Assembly: GCA_041594435.1 (NCBI GenBank)
Contig: JBFHME010000002.1
Coordinates: forward strand, 939 to 64,938
DNA: 64,000 nt
Source: Acidimicrobiales bacterium
GTDB taxonomy: Bacteria > Actinomycetota > Acidimicrobiia > Acidimicrobiales > SZUA-35
Direction: 5' to 3'
How positions within the stretch are numbered: the stretch's first letter is position 1; each line of letters opens with the position of its first letter. Below are positions 1 through 7,916 of this stretch, piece after piece. The notes below the pieces were generated by a model. That model had not been told where the DNA came from, searched no databases, and was given only the letters and a program-made list of their open reading frames with translations. A program made the translations under genes and the position numbers.

Positions 1-1309
1 CCACGGGGTGGCCGACCACGGTCCACGCTGCAGTCAGGGTCAGCCACGCCATGTAGTTCTCGACCGGTCTGCCGTCGATTTCGGTCGGATGGAGCTGTCG
101 CCACGGGAACGGAGAAACACTCACGCCGGGGCAGATGAGGATGTCGACGGCGGCCGCAGCCATCGCCGACTCCGTGGCCCGGAGAAGCTCCATCTGGCGG
201 ACCCGGGCCCAGGCGATGTCGCCCTCCGGCATGGCGAGCGCCGTCTCGTAGCTGGCTCTGATGTTGGGGTTGAAACCCTCGTCCCACCCCTCGGCCTCCC
301 GGTGATAGTAGGTGGCGAAGACGTCCGCCCGGAGCCGCCAGTCGACCTCGGCGGCGTCGCGAAGATCGAGATCGACATCGACACACGCCGCTGCTCGATC
401 GGCCAACCAGTCGACCCGGCGACCGAACTCGGCCAGCGCCGCGCTCGATACCAGCACGCCGCCGAGATCGGCCGAAACGCCAATGCGCAGCGAGCCGAGG
501 TCGACGCCCTCCAGCTCGGCCAGCGCGGACGCATCGAGCGGGAACGCCATCGGATCGGTTGGTTTCCCGACGGCGTGACGGTCGGCGATCACCGACAGGA
601 GGAGCGCGAGGTCGTCGACGGTGCGGGCCATCGGACCCTGCACGCTGTAGAAGGTCTGGCTGATGGCGCGCTCGTCGAACGGCACAATCCCCGGCGTGGC
701 CCGGTAGCCGACCACTCCGCAGTACGAAGCGGGGATGCGCAGGCTGCCGCCGTGGTCGGAGCCGGTGGCCAACGGAGCCATGTCGGTGGCCAGTGCCACG
801 GCCGAGCCGCCGGATGAACCACCGCAGGTCAACGTGGGATCGAACGGGTTGCCGGTGGCGCCGAACAACCGGTTGACGGTGTTGGCGCCGATGCTGCGTT
901 CGGGAATGTTGGTCTTGCCGATGACGATGCCGCCGGCGGCCCGGATCCTGGCCACGATGCCGGCGTCGGTGTCGGGTACGTGGTCGGCGAACGCCGTACT
1001 GCCGAGTGTCGTGCGGATCCCGGCGGTGGCCTGAAGATCTTTGACCGCCACCGGTAGGCCGAGGAGGGGCCGCTCGGCCAGGGCTGCGGCCCGTCGCATC
1101 GACCCCGGGCCGTGACGCCGTAGCTCACGGTCGAGCCTTGCCGCCTCGGCCACTGCCCGCTCGGCGGCAACCGTGACCATGGCATTGACCTTGGGATCGA
1201 TCCGCTTCACCTGTGCGAGGCAGGACGTGATCAGCTCCTCGGCCGACAGGTCCCCCGCCACGACCGCGGCTCGGGCGGCGTGGGCCGACAGTTCGTGGGG
1301 TTCGGTCAC
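1..1309 (-). CDS. amidase (amidase-signature family); 3' end runs off the left edge
   Basis: My own minus-strand translation starts at GTG 1309, with an in-frame TAG just upstream at 1319-1321. It reads VTEPHELSAHAARAAVVAGDLSAEELITSCLAQVKRIDPKVNAMV..LLGLPVAVKDL..GGIVIGKTNIPE..CGGSSGGSAVALATDMAPLATGSDHGGSLRIPASYCGVVGY. The GGSSGGS signature is encoded at 803-823. The gene is not in the ORF track because it has no stop inside the window. Confidence 0.8.
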   Translation of the reverse strand, partial: MTEPHELSAHAARAAVVAGDLSAEELITSCLAQVKRIDPKVNAMVTVAAERAVAEAARLDRELRRHGPGSMRRAAALAERPLLGLPVAVKDLQATAGIRTTLGSTAFADHVPDTDAGIVARIRAAGGIVIGKTNIPERSIGANTVNRLFGATGNPFDPTLTCGGSSGGSAVALATDMAPLATGSDHGGSLRIPASYCGVVGYRATPGIVPFDERAISQTFYSVQGPMARTVDDLALLLSVIADRHAVGKPTDPMAFPLDASALAELEGVDLGSLRIGVSADLGGVLVSSAALAEFGRRVDWLADRAAACVDVDLDLRDAAEVDWRLRADVFATYYHREAEGWDEGFNPNIRASYETALAMPEGDIAWARVRQMELLRATESAMAAAAVDILICPGVSVSPFPWRQLHPTEIDGRPVENYMAWLTLTAAWTVVGHPV

Positions 1310-1389
1310 GACCCCGTTCTAGCTCGAAACCCGGACCGGCGCTAACGGGGTCGGCGATCGGCGGCCTGGCTACTCCGGCCCAGGTCACA

Positions 1390-1431
1390 TGATCGGCGCA
1401 CCGATCACCATTCTAGAGTGAGTAGTCACTC
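1390..1431. promoter_or_regulatory. two palindromes in the amidase/TetR divergent intergenic region (candidate TetR operators)
   Basis: TGATCGG-cgca-CCGATCA lies at 1390-1407. GAGTGA-gtag-TCACTC lies at 1416-1431, 14 nt upstream of the TetR ATG at 1446. Confidence 0.4.
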
Positions 1432-1445
1432 CATATCTGGATACC

Positions 1446-2024
1446 ATGACCGGCGTGGCCCGTCCCCAGCAGCACTCCCCTGATGCAATCCTCGACGCCG
1501 CCCGGGGGTTGTTCTGCGACGAGGGGGTTGCGGTCTCAACCGCTCGAATCGCTCAGGCGGCAGGGGTTTCCAACGGAACCCTGTTCAACTACTTCCCCAC
1601 CAAGCAAGCACTGATCGACGCGCTCTACCTGTCGATCAAGTCCGATCTGGCCGAGGCCATCGGCACGATTCCGACCGATGGTCCGATCGAGACGCGCATG
1701 CGCCTGGTCTGGGACCGGTGGTTCAACTGGGCTCGCCGCCATCGCCAGTCCTACGCCGTGATGACACTGCTCCACCAGGCCAACCTCGCCAGCCCCACGG
1801 CCCAGGAGGCCGGCGCCTCCGCGCTCGACGGCTCCGCATGGGTGCTGACCGAGGCGATGGCCAAGGGCTTGCTCGTCGACCTGCCGTTCGAGTATCTGGC
1901 GGGCCTCATTCAGCACCAGCTCGATCAAGCCGTGACGTCCGAACTCGATGACAACCAGGCAAACGTCGCCTTCGACGTGCTCTGGAATGGCATCACCCGA
2001 CAAGCAAAGGAAACCGATGACTGA
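1446..2024 (+). CDS. TetR family transcriptional regulator
   Basis: The N-terminal HTH reads STARIAQAAGVSNGTLFNYFPTKQALIDALY. The ORF encodes 192 aa. Confidence 0.85.
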   Translation: MTGVARPQQHSPDAILDAARGLFCDEGVAVSTARIAQAAGVSNGTLFNYFPTKQALIDALYLSIKSDLAEAIGTIPTDGPIETRMRLVWDRWFNWARRHRQSYAVMTLLHQANLASPTAQEAGASALDGSAWVLTEAMAKGLLVDLPFEYLAGLIQHQLDQAVTSELDDNQANVAFDVLWNGITRQAKETDD

Positions 2025-3030
2025 TCCGAACTCCGTTCACTTCCCGGCCTTCCGGGCCGGTCTCCCCTCGATGGCGGGCAAGACCGTCGTCATCACCGGA
2101 ACGACATCGGGCACCGGGAAGGTGGCGGCGATGACCGTCGCCGATCTTGGAGCCAAGGTGCTGGTGCTCAACCGCCCCTCGGGGCGTTCCACGGCCGGTT
2201 TCGCAGAACTGTCGGCGGCCCATCCCGACGCCGAGCTCCACGATGTGGAATGCGACCTCCAGCGGTTCTCCTCGGTCCAAGCCGCCGCCGACAGGGTGCA
2301 CGAGCTCTGCCCGGAAGGGGTGCATGTGCTGTGCAACAACGCCGGGGTGATGGCACTGGCCGACACCGCCACGACCGACGGGTTCGACATCCAGATGCAG
2401 ACCAACCACCTGTCCCATTTCCTGCTGACCAGAGAGCTGATGCCGCTCCTCGAACGGGCGGCGGAGACCGCCGGCGAGGCGAGGGTGGTGAACCACTCGA
2501 GCACGGCCCGACTCAACCCCAGCAAAGAACTGCAGAGCAGGTTCCTCGAGAAGAACGGCGGCAATCTGGGCGGCGACGGCTCCCGGCTGCAGAACATGAT
2601 GTTCTCCGGACCCCGCTGGCTCCGCTACAACCAGACCAAGCTCGCCAACGCGGCCTTCACCGCTGCGCTGCATCACCGGCTGCAGGCCGGCGGTTCCAAC
2701 GTGAAAGCACTCGTCGCCCATCCCGGCTTCGCCCGCACCCACCTCCAGCAGACGTCGGCCCACCACGGCGGCATGGGCCGGCTCTTCACCAAGGTCGTGT
2801 CGAGACTCGGTCAGACCGCCGAGGACGGGGCGATGGGAATCCTGAGCTGCATGTGCCTACCCGAAGCCCGGTCCGGACAGTTCTACGGTCCCGGTTCCGG
2901 GATCACGGCGATCAAGGGCAAAGCCGAGCCCTTCCCACTCGAGCCGTTCTACGACAACCCCGAGACCCGTGACCTGCTGTGGAGCAAGAGCGAAGAAGCC
3001 ATCGGCAAGACCTTCGAGCTCGACCGCTAA
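2017..3030 (+). CDS. short-chain dehydrogenase/reductase (SDR)
   Basis: The Rossmann motif is GKTVVITGTTSGTGKVAA, followed by NNAGV and YNQTK (the YxxxK catalytic motif). I trimmed the start to ATG 2017 (MTDPNS...), which overlaps the TetR stop by 8 nt. Confidence 0.8.
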   Translation: MTDPNSVHFPAFRAGLPSMAGKTVVITGTTSGTGKVAAMTVADLGAKVLVLNRPSGRSTAGFAELSAAHPDAELHDVECDLQRFSSVQAAADRVHELCPEGVHVLCNNAGVMALADTATTDGFDIQMQTNHLSHFLLTRELMPLLERAAETAGEARVVNHSSTARLNPSKELQSRFLEKNGGNLGGDGSRLQNMMFSGPRWLRYNQTKLANAAFTAALHHRLQAGGSNVKALVAHPGFARTHLQQTSAHHGGMGRLFTKVVSRLGQTAEDGAMGILSCMCLPEARSGQFYGPGSGITAIKGKAEPFPLEPFYDNPETRDLLWSKSEEAIGKTFELDR

Positions 3031-4280
3031 CGCCCGTTGACCGACCAGTGCCACGGCTCCGATGGCAGGTTCTTGAACCCGTAGTTGGCGGCGTTGGCGG
3101 CCAGCCACTGGAAACACCGGCTGCTGCGGCTGCGGATCAGACCGCCGTCGCAGGTGAAGTCGAGCGCCATGCCCCGCTCGTGCATCGACGCCCCGGGACG
3201 GGCCGTCGGTGGGCGACAGCGTGAGGCGGGCATCTGCCAGATGGCGTAGTAGGAGGTGCCGCAGTTGTTCTTGCGAACCTCGATCTGCGACTCGAAGGAG
3301 CGGTAGGCGCCTCCGCCGAGTGCGACGCCTTCGGAGGCGGCGTGGTCGACCAGGCCGGCGACGGCGTCGGCGATCTCACGGTGGACCCGGAAACCCCGTA
3401 CGGTCACGATGTCCGCCTCGGTGACAACGCCCAGGCTGGCCGCCGCCCGAGCCGTGAGACTGGCCTTCCGGTCCCGGGCCTCCTCCAACTCCACCAGCTC
3501 CTCGGCGATCAGGGCCCGGGCCTCGTCCGCCTCCTCCTTGGCGTCATCGGCGATCGCCTGCTGAATGGCGAGATCCTCCTGGGCCTGACGCAGATCCTCG
3601 GCCACATCGAAATTCTGATTCACGGCCAAGGCGAGCAGGGTCTTCATCCTGGTCGCCTCCTGGGCCTGGCCGTAGCTGATGAAGTCGAGTTCCGACAGAT
3701 CCTGATCCTTGAACGCCGAGATGGCCCGCTCGGCCACCTTCACCTCGAGGTCCGCCAACTCGGCCCTGATGGTGTCGATCTGGGCGGTGGTGGCGATGAA
3801 TCGGTTCTCAGCCGAGCTGAGCGTGGCCTCGGCCGTCTCCAGCTCCTTCTCCTTGTCGCGGACTCGTTGGTTCCAGACCGCCAGGGCCCCGGCGAGATCT
3901 TCCGACACGGTGCCGGCCAGCTGGTCGTCGCCCGACTCCGCGGCGGTGGGCACGGTGGCGTTGGGAGCGGAGGAGCTGGTGGCCGCTGCCGTTGTGGTCG
4001 ACTGGGACGAGGTCGTCGACCCACCGGAGGTTGTGGTGGACGCCGTCGTCGTCGTGGTCGACGCCGTGGTCGTCGTGGTGGAGGCCGTGGTCGTCGTGGT
4101 GGACGCCGTCGTCGTGGCGGACGCCGTGGTGGTCGTGGTCGATGACGTGCCGTCCTGGGCGCTCGACGGGAAAGCCGCGGCACCGACCAACAGGAACGAC
4201 ACGAAGAACACCGAGAGCCGGCGCACGGAAGGCCGTCGAACTCGACGGCCGCCACCTTCGATGGTCCCAATCAGTGCCAT
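3027..4280 (-). CDS. secreted coiled-coil protein with C-terminal M15B/VanY-like D-Ala-D-Ala carboxypeptidase domain (paralog 1)
   Basis: It has a signal-like N-terminus (RRLSVFFVSFLLVGAAAFPSSAQ) and a Thr/Ser-rich tandem repeat. A long Ala/Glu/Leu/Gln-rich region follows. The C-terminus carries GASMHERGMALDF and NLPSEPWHWSVNG, the H..D and HxH zinc-ligand motifs of M15 peptidases. Confidence 0.75.
   Translation of the reverse strand: MALIGTIEGGGRRVRRPSVRRLSVFFVSFLLVGAAAFPSSAQDGTSSTTTTTASATTTASTTTTTASTTTTTASTTTTTASTTTSGGSTTSSQSTTTAAATSSSAPNATVPTAAESGDDQLAGTVSEDLAGALAVWNQRVRDKEKELETAEATLSSAENRFIATTAQIDTIRAELADLEVKVAERAISAFKDQDLSELDFISYGQAQEATRMKTLLALAVNQNFDVAEDLRQAQEDLAIQQAIADDAKEEADEARALIAEELVELEEARDRKASLTARAAASLGVVTEADIVTVRGFRVHREIADAVAGLVDHAASEGVALGGGAYRSFESQIEVRKNNCGTSYYAIWQMPASRCRPPTARPGASMHERGMALDFTCDGGLIRSRSSRCFQWLAANAANYGFKNLPSEPWHWSVNGR
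4030..4145 (-). repeat. in-frame 21-nt tandem repeat (about 5 units) encoding (ASTTTTT)n
   Basis: The plus strand shows ...gtggtggacgccgtcgtcgtc gtggtcgacgccgtggtcgtc gtggtggaggccgtggtcgtc gtggtggacgccgtcgtcgtg.... The encoded protein segment is ASATTTASTTTTTASTTTTTASTTTTTASTTTSGG. Confidence 0.85.
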
Positions 4281-4513
4281 GTGTACCTACCGCCTGAGGG
4301 CCGCTGACCCTCTGCCCAATACTCCCACCAGTCGCCATCACCAGCGCAACACGACCGTAATAGTTGGCCGGTAGCAGCCTAGCCTACCAACCCTTCAACG
4401 CCGACCTCGGCGCAGCAACAGGCTCCAGGAGTTTGCTGGGCAAGCTTTGAGGGGACGCGTAGCAACTCTTAACCGTTGCACCGGCAATGACGGTTGTGTT
4501 GCGACCGCGGCGC

Positions 4514-5740
4514 CTAATTGCCGTTGGTGGACCAGTGCCAGGGCTCCGACGGCAGGTTGTAGAAACCGTAGGAGGCGGCGTGGGCGGCCAGCCACCGGTA
4601 GCCGGGGCTCGACCGGGTGCCAATGGCCCGACCGCCGTAGGTGAAGTCGATCGCCTTGCCCTGCTCGTGCATGGACTGGCCGGGGCGTGCGGTTGGCGGA
4701 CGGCATTGCGACGACGGCATGTGCCAGACGGCGTAATCGCTGGTGCCGCAGTGGGACCTCCGCAGGCGGATCTGGGCCTGGTGGTCGCGGTAGCCCCAGC
4801 CCCCGAAGTGAATGCCGTCGCCCGCCGCGTGGTTGAGCAAGGCCTGCAGGTTCTGGGCGATGTCGACGTGGACCCAGAAGCTCTGGACCCTGACGATCTG
4901 GTCGGCCGACGGATAGCTGCCGCCGCCTCCGCCCGAGACCGGCTTCCGAGCCGCCGCAGCTCGGGCGGCGGCCAGAGCGGCCTGGCGAGCCAGCTCGTCA
5001 TTGGTCGCCTTGATCTTGCCGGCCAGCTCCTTGTCCATCTCCTCGAGAACCGCCTGCTCGGCCAGTCGGGACTCCAGTCGGGCCTCGGCGACGGCCGCCA
5101 ACTCCGCCTGCTGATCACGCGAGTCCTCGAGTTCGGCGAGGAGATCGGCCATGTCATTGCGGAACATCGCTGCGTCGGCCTGGGCCTGGTCGGCCAGGGC
5201 CTGCTGGATCGCCAGCTCCTCTTGGGCGGTGCGGAGCGTTTCGGTGATGTCGAGATCCTGCTGGGTCACCGACAGCACCAACGAGCGCCGGCGGACGGCT
5301 TCGTTGGGATTGATGTCCTCCATGATCGGATTGGCGTCTCCGCCGCGCCCGACGAAGGCCGAGATGGCCTTGTCCTTCACCTGATCCTTGAGCAGCTCGA
5401 TCTCAGCCGTCTTGATCTTCACGGCAGCCGTGGCCTCGGCATAGCGGGACTCGGCCTCGTTCAGCTTGTCTTCAGCCGCCGCGAGCTGCGCCTCCTGCTC
5501 GTTGACCTGGGCATTGAGCGCAGCCAGAGCCGCCGTTACCACCTCGACCTCGGCGGTGGCGGCATCGACCTTTTCGGTCGCTGCCTCGATCTGCGCCTGG
5601 GTCTGCTCACGCTCCTCTTCGAGCTTCTCGAGCTCTTCCTTGAGATCGGCGTTCGAGGGGAGCGTCGCGGAGCCGATGGTCAGAACGACCAGGATCGCCA
5701 CCAGTGTCTTCACGGCCTTTGGGGCATGGGAAAAAAGCAT
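4514..5740 (-). CDS. secreted coiled-coil protein with C-terminal M15B/VanY-like peptidase domain (paralog 2)
   Basis: I trimmed the start to ATG 5740 (MLFSHAPKAVKTLVAILVVLTIGSATLPSNA, a signal peptide). A long coiled-coil-like region follows (EELEKLEEEREQTQAQIEAATEKV...). The C-terminus carries GQSMHEQGKAIDF and NLPSEPWHWSTNG and aligns by eye with the 3027-4280 product. Confidence 0.75.
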   Translation of the reverse strand: MLFSHAPKAVKTLVAILVVLTIGSATLPSNADLKEELEKLEEEREQTQAQIEAATEKVDAATAEVEVVTAALAALNAQVNEQEAQLAAAEDKLNEAESRYAEATAAVKIKTAEIELLKDQVKDKAISAFVGRGGDANPIMEDINPNEAVRRRSLVLSVTQQDLDITETLRTAQEELAIQQALADQAQADAAMFRNDMADLLAELEDSRDQQAELAAVAEARLESRLAEQAVLEEMDKELAGKIKATNDELARQAALAAARAAAARKPVSGGGGGSYPSADQIVRVQSFWVHVDIAQNLQALLNHAAGDGIHFGGWGYRDHQAQIRLRRSHCGTSDYAVWHMPSSQCRPPTARPGQSMHEQGKAIDFTYGGRAIGTRSSPGYRWLAAHAASYGFYNLPSEPWHWSTNGN

Positions 5741-5939
5741 AAGAGTCCTACCGCCCAGCCACCTGAAATAGTAGCGCAGCACCCACCAGGATGGTGGATT
5801 TCTCTCGCCGGAGCACATCACCTGTGAGGGACAGCGGCCGAAATCCCGCTGTTCATGCGGTTTTCGGCCCGGGGGAAGTGGTGAAATTCACCGGATCTTT
5901 GCCATCCCCAAGCCTGTTTTCGCCCGTAGATTTGAAACC

Positions 5940-7661
5940 GTGCCATCGCTTCGCATTGCCCTGTGCCAGATCGACATCATCGTCGGCGATCTCGACACCA
6001 ACGTCGACCTGATCCTGGACGCCGTTCGCCAGGCCGAGGAGGCGGGCTGTGACCTGGCGGTTTTCGGTGAACTGTCGATCTGTGGCTACCCACCCGAGGA
6101 CCTGCTGTTCAAGCCGAAGTTCATCGAGGACAACCGGACGGCCCTGGCCCGAGTGGCTGCCGGCACGGGCGATTGCGCCGTGATCGTCGGCTACGTCGAC
6201 CAGGAACTGGGCGTCAAACCCTCCGGCCTACCGGGAGCGCCGGCCGCCGGACCGGTGCTCAACGCCGCCGCGGTCTGCGCCAACGGCGAGGTCAAGGGCC
6301 GGTACGTGAAACAGTGGCTGCCGAACTACAACGTGTTCGACGAGAAGCGCTACTTCCGGCCGGGCGACGAGAACCCACTGTGGTCCATCGCCGGCGTGAC
6401 GGTTGGCGTCTGCGTGTGCGAGGACATGTGGGTCGACCCAAGCCCCGTCAACATCATGGCCGACGGCGGCGCCCAGCTCATCGTGAACATCAACGCCTCT
6501 CCCTACCACCAGGACAAGGTCGAGGCCCGAGATGTCATGATCGCCCGGCGCATCGCCGAAACGGGCACGCCGTTGGTCTACGTCAACCTCGTCGGCGGTC
6601 AGGACGAGCTGGTGTTCGACGGCACCTCGGTGGTGGTCGACGCCACCGGCGAGACGATCGCCCGCTCCAAGCAGTTCGCCGAGCAGGTCCAGGTGGCCGA
6701 CTTCACCGTCAACGATCCCAAGCCGATCTCGCTGCCGGTGACGATGGTGACCGAGCGGACGTCCATGTCCGTCGAGGGGCTGCCCCCCAAGCTGGAACCG
6801 CTCCTCGACCCTCTGGAAGAGATCTGGGAGGCTCTCGTGCTCGGTGCCCGTGACTACGTGCAGAACAACGGCTTCACCGACATCTGTTTCGGCCTGTCCG
6901 GCGGTATCGACTCGGCGCTGACCGCCGCCCTGGCTGCCGACGCGCTCGGCCCCGACCACGTGCATGCCGTGATGATGCCGTCGCGCTACTCGTCGGATCA
7001 CTCGCTGTCCGATTCCGAGAAGCTGTGCCAGAACCTCGGCATCGAGGGTCGGACGATCTCCATCGAACCGGCCCACGCCGCGTTCCTCGATATGTTGACT
7101 CCCGAGTTCGACACCGACGAGTGGGGGTTGACCGAGGAGAACATGCAGTCCCGGCTCCGAGGTGTGATCCTCATGGCGCTGGCCAACAAGTTCGGGTGGC
7201 TCGTGTTGACCACCGGCAACAAGAGCGAGGCCGCCGTCGGCTACTCCACCCTCTACGGCGACACCGCCGGCGCCTACGCCGTCATCAAGGACGTGTGGAA
7301 GCTCCAGGTGTACGAGTTGGCCCATGACTACAACCGCCGGGCGGGCCGCGAGATCATCCCGGAGAACATCCTCAGCAAACCGCCCTCGGCCGAACTGCGA
7401 CCCGATCAGCGGGACGACGAGAGCCTCCCGCCGTATGAGGTACTCGACCCGATGTTGATCGAGATCGTCGAGCACAACAAGACCGCTGCCGACCTCATCG
7501 CCGAGGGCTACGATGCCGAGACCTCGAAGCGGATCGCCCGCCTGGTCGACATCGCCGAATTCAAACGCCAGCAGAGCCCCCCCGGCACCCGTATCACCAG
7601 GCGGGCCTTCGGTAAGGACCGCCGCATGCCGATCACCAACCTCTACCGCGGCAACCCCTGA
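5940..7661 (+). CDS. nadE: glutamine-dependent NAD+ synthetase
   Basis: The N-terminal CN-hydrolase domain shows LRIALCQID..ICGYPPEDL..GVCVCEDMW. The C-terminal NAD synthetase domain shows the GLSGGIDSA P-loop and TGNKSEAAVGYSTLYGD. Confidence 0.9.
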   Translation: MPSLRIALCQIDIIVGDLDTNVDLILDAVRQAEEAGCDLAVFGELSICGYPPEDLLFKPKFIEDNRTALARVAAGTGDCAVIVGYVDQELGVKPSGLPGAPAAGPVLNAAAVCANGEVKGRYVKQWLPNYNVFDEKRYFRPGDENPLWSIAGVTVGVCVCEDMWVDPSPVNIMADGGAQLIVNINASPYHQDKVEARDVMIARRIAETGTPLVYVNLVGGQDELVFDGTSVVVDATGETIARSKQFAEQVQVADFTVNDPKPISLPVTMVTERTSMSVEGLPPKLEPLLDPLEEIWEALVLGARDYVQNNGFTDICFGLSGGIDSALTAALAADALGPDHVHAVMMPSRYSSDHSLSDSEKLCQNLGIEGRTISIEPAHAAFLDMLTPEFDTDEWGLTEENMQSRLRGVILMALANKFGWLVLTTGNKSEAAVGYSTLYGDTAGAYAVIKDVWKLQVYELAHDYNRRAGREIIPENILSKPPSAELRPDQRDDESLPPYEVLDPMLIEIVEHNKTAADLIAEGYDAETSKRIARLVDIAEFKRQQSPPGTRITRRAFGKDRRMPITNLYRGNP

Positions 7662-7692
7662 TCGCCGGGCCGAGGCGCCCTGCCCAAAACCT

Positions 7693-7723
7693 CAGTGGCC
7701 CCGCACGAGAGGCGGGGCCACTG
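7693..7723 (+). terminator. stem-loop downstream of nadE
   Basis: A perfect 12-bp stem, CAGTGGCCCCGC (7693-7704) pairing with GCGGGGCCACTG (7712-7723), encloses a 7-nt loop. There is no clear U-tract. Confidence 0.55.
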
Positions 7724-7916
7724 GCCACTGGAGCAAACGGTGGGGGGATTGAAGTGTGTCCAGTGGATATGACGACGGAGGTGGAGGGAATGGCCTCCGT
7801 CGCGTTTGGGTGCAATCCGTCAAAGGGGGGAGAAACGGTTGCACTCTCTTCAACCGGGATTCGGGATTGTTTATGCCCGGTCCGGGGTGATTTCCAAAGA
7901 ATTCGTCCGGATCGAG

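Noticed and set aside
4030-4145. A CRISPR-like or other non-coding tandem repeat.
   Set aside because: The period is 21 nt with no spacers. It lies in frame inside a CDS and encodes a Thr-rich linker, so it is not a CRISPR array.
5741-5939. A ydaO/c-di-AMP riboswitch in the leader of peptidase paralog 2.
   Set aside because: Only scattered matches to remembered consensus pieces are present (GGGGA, GGTGAAT, CCGAAAACCGC). The 3' ACCUCGUAAGCG-like element is absent. The 199-nt spacer must also house the nadE promoter. I kept it only as a check suggestion under the leader-motif finding.
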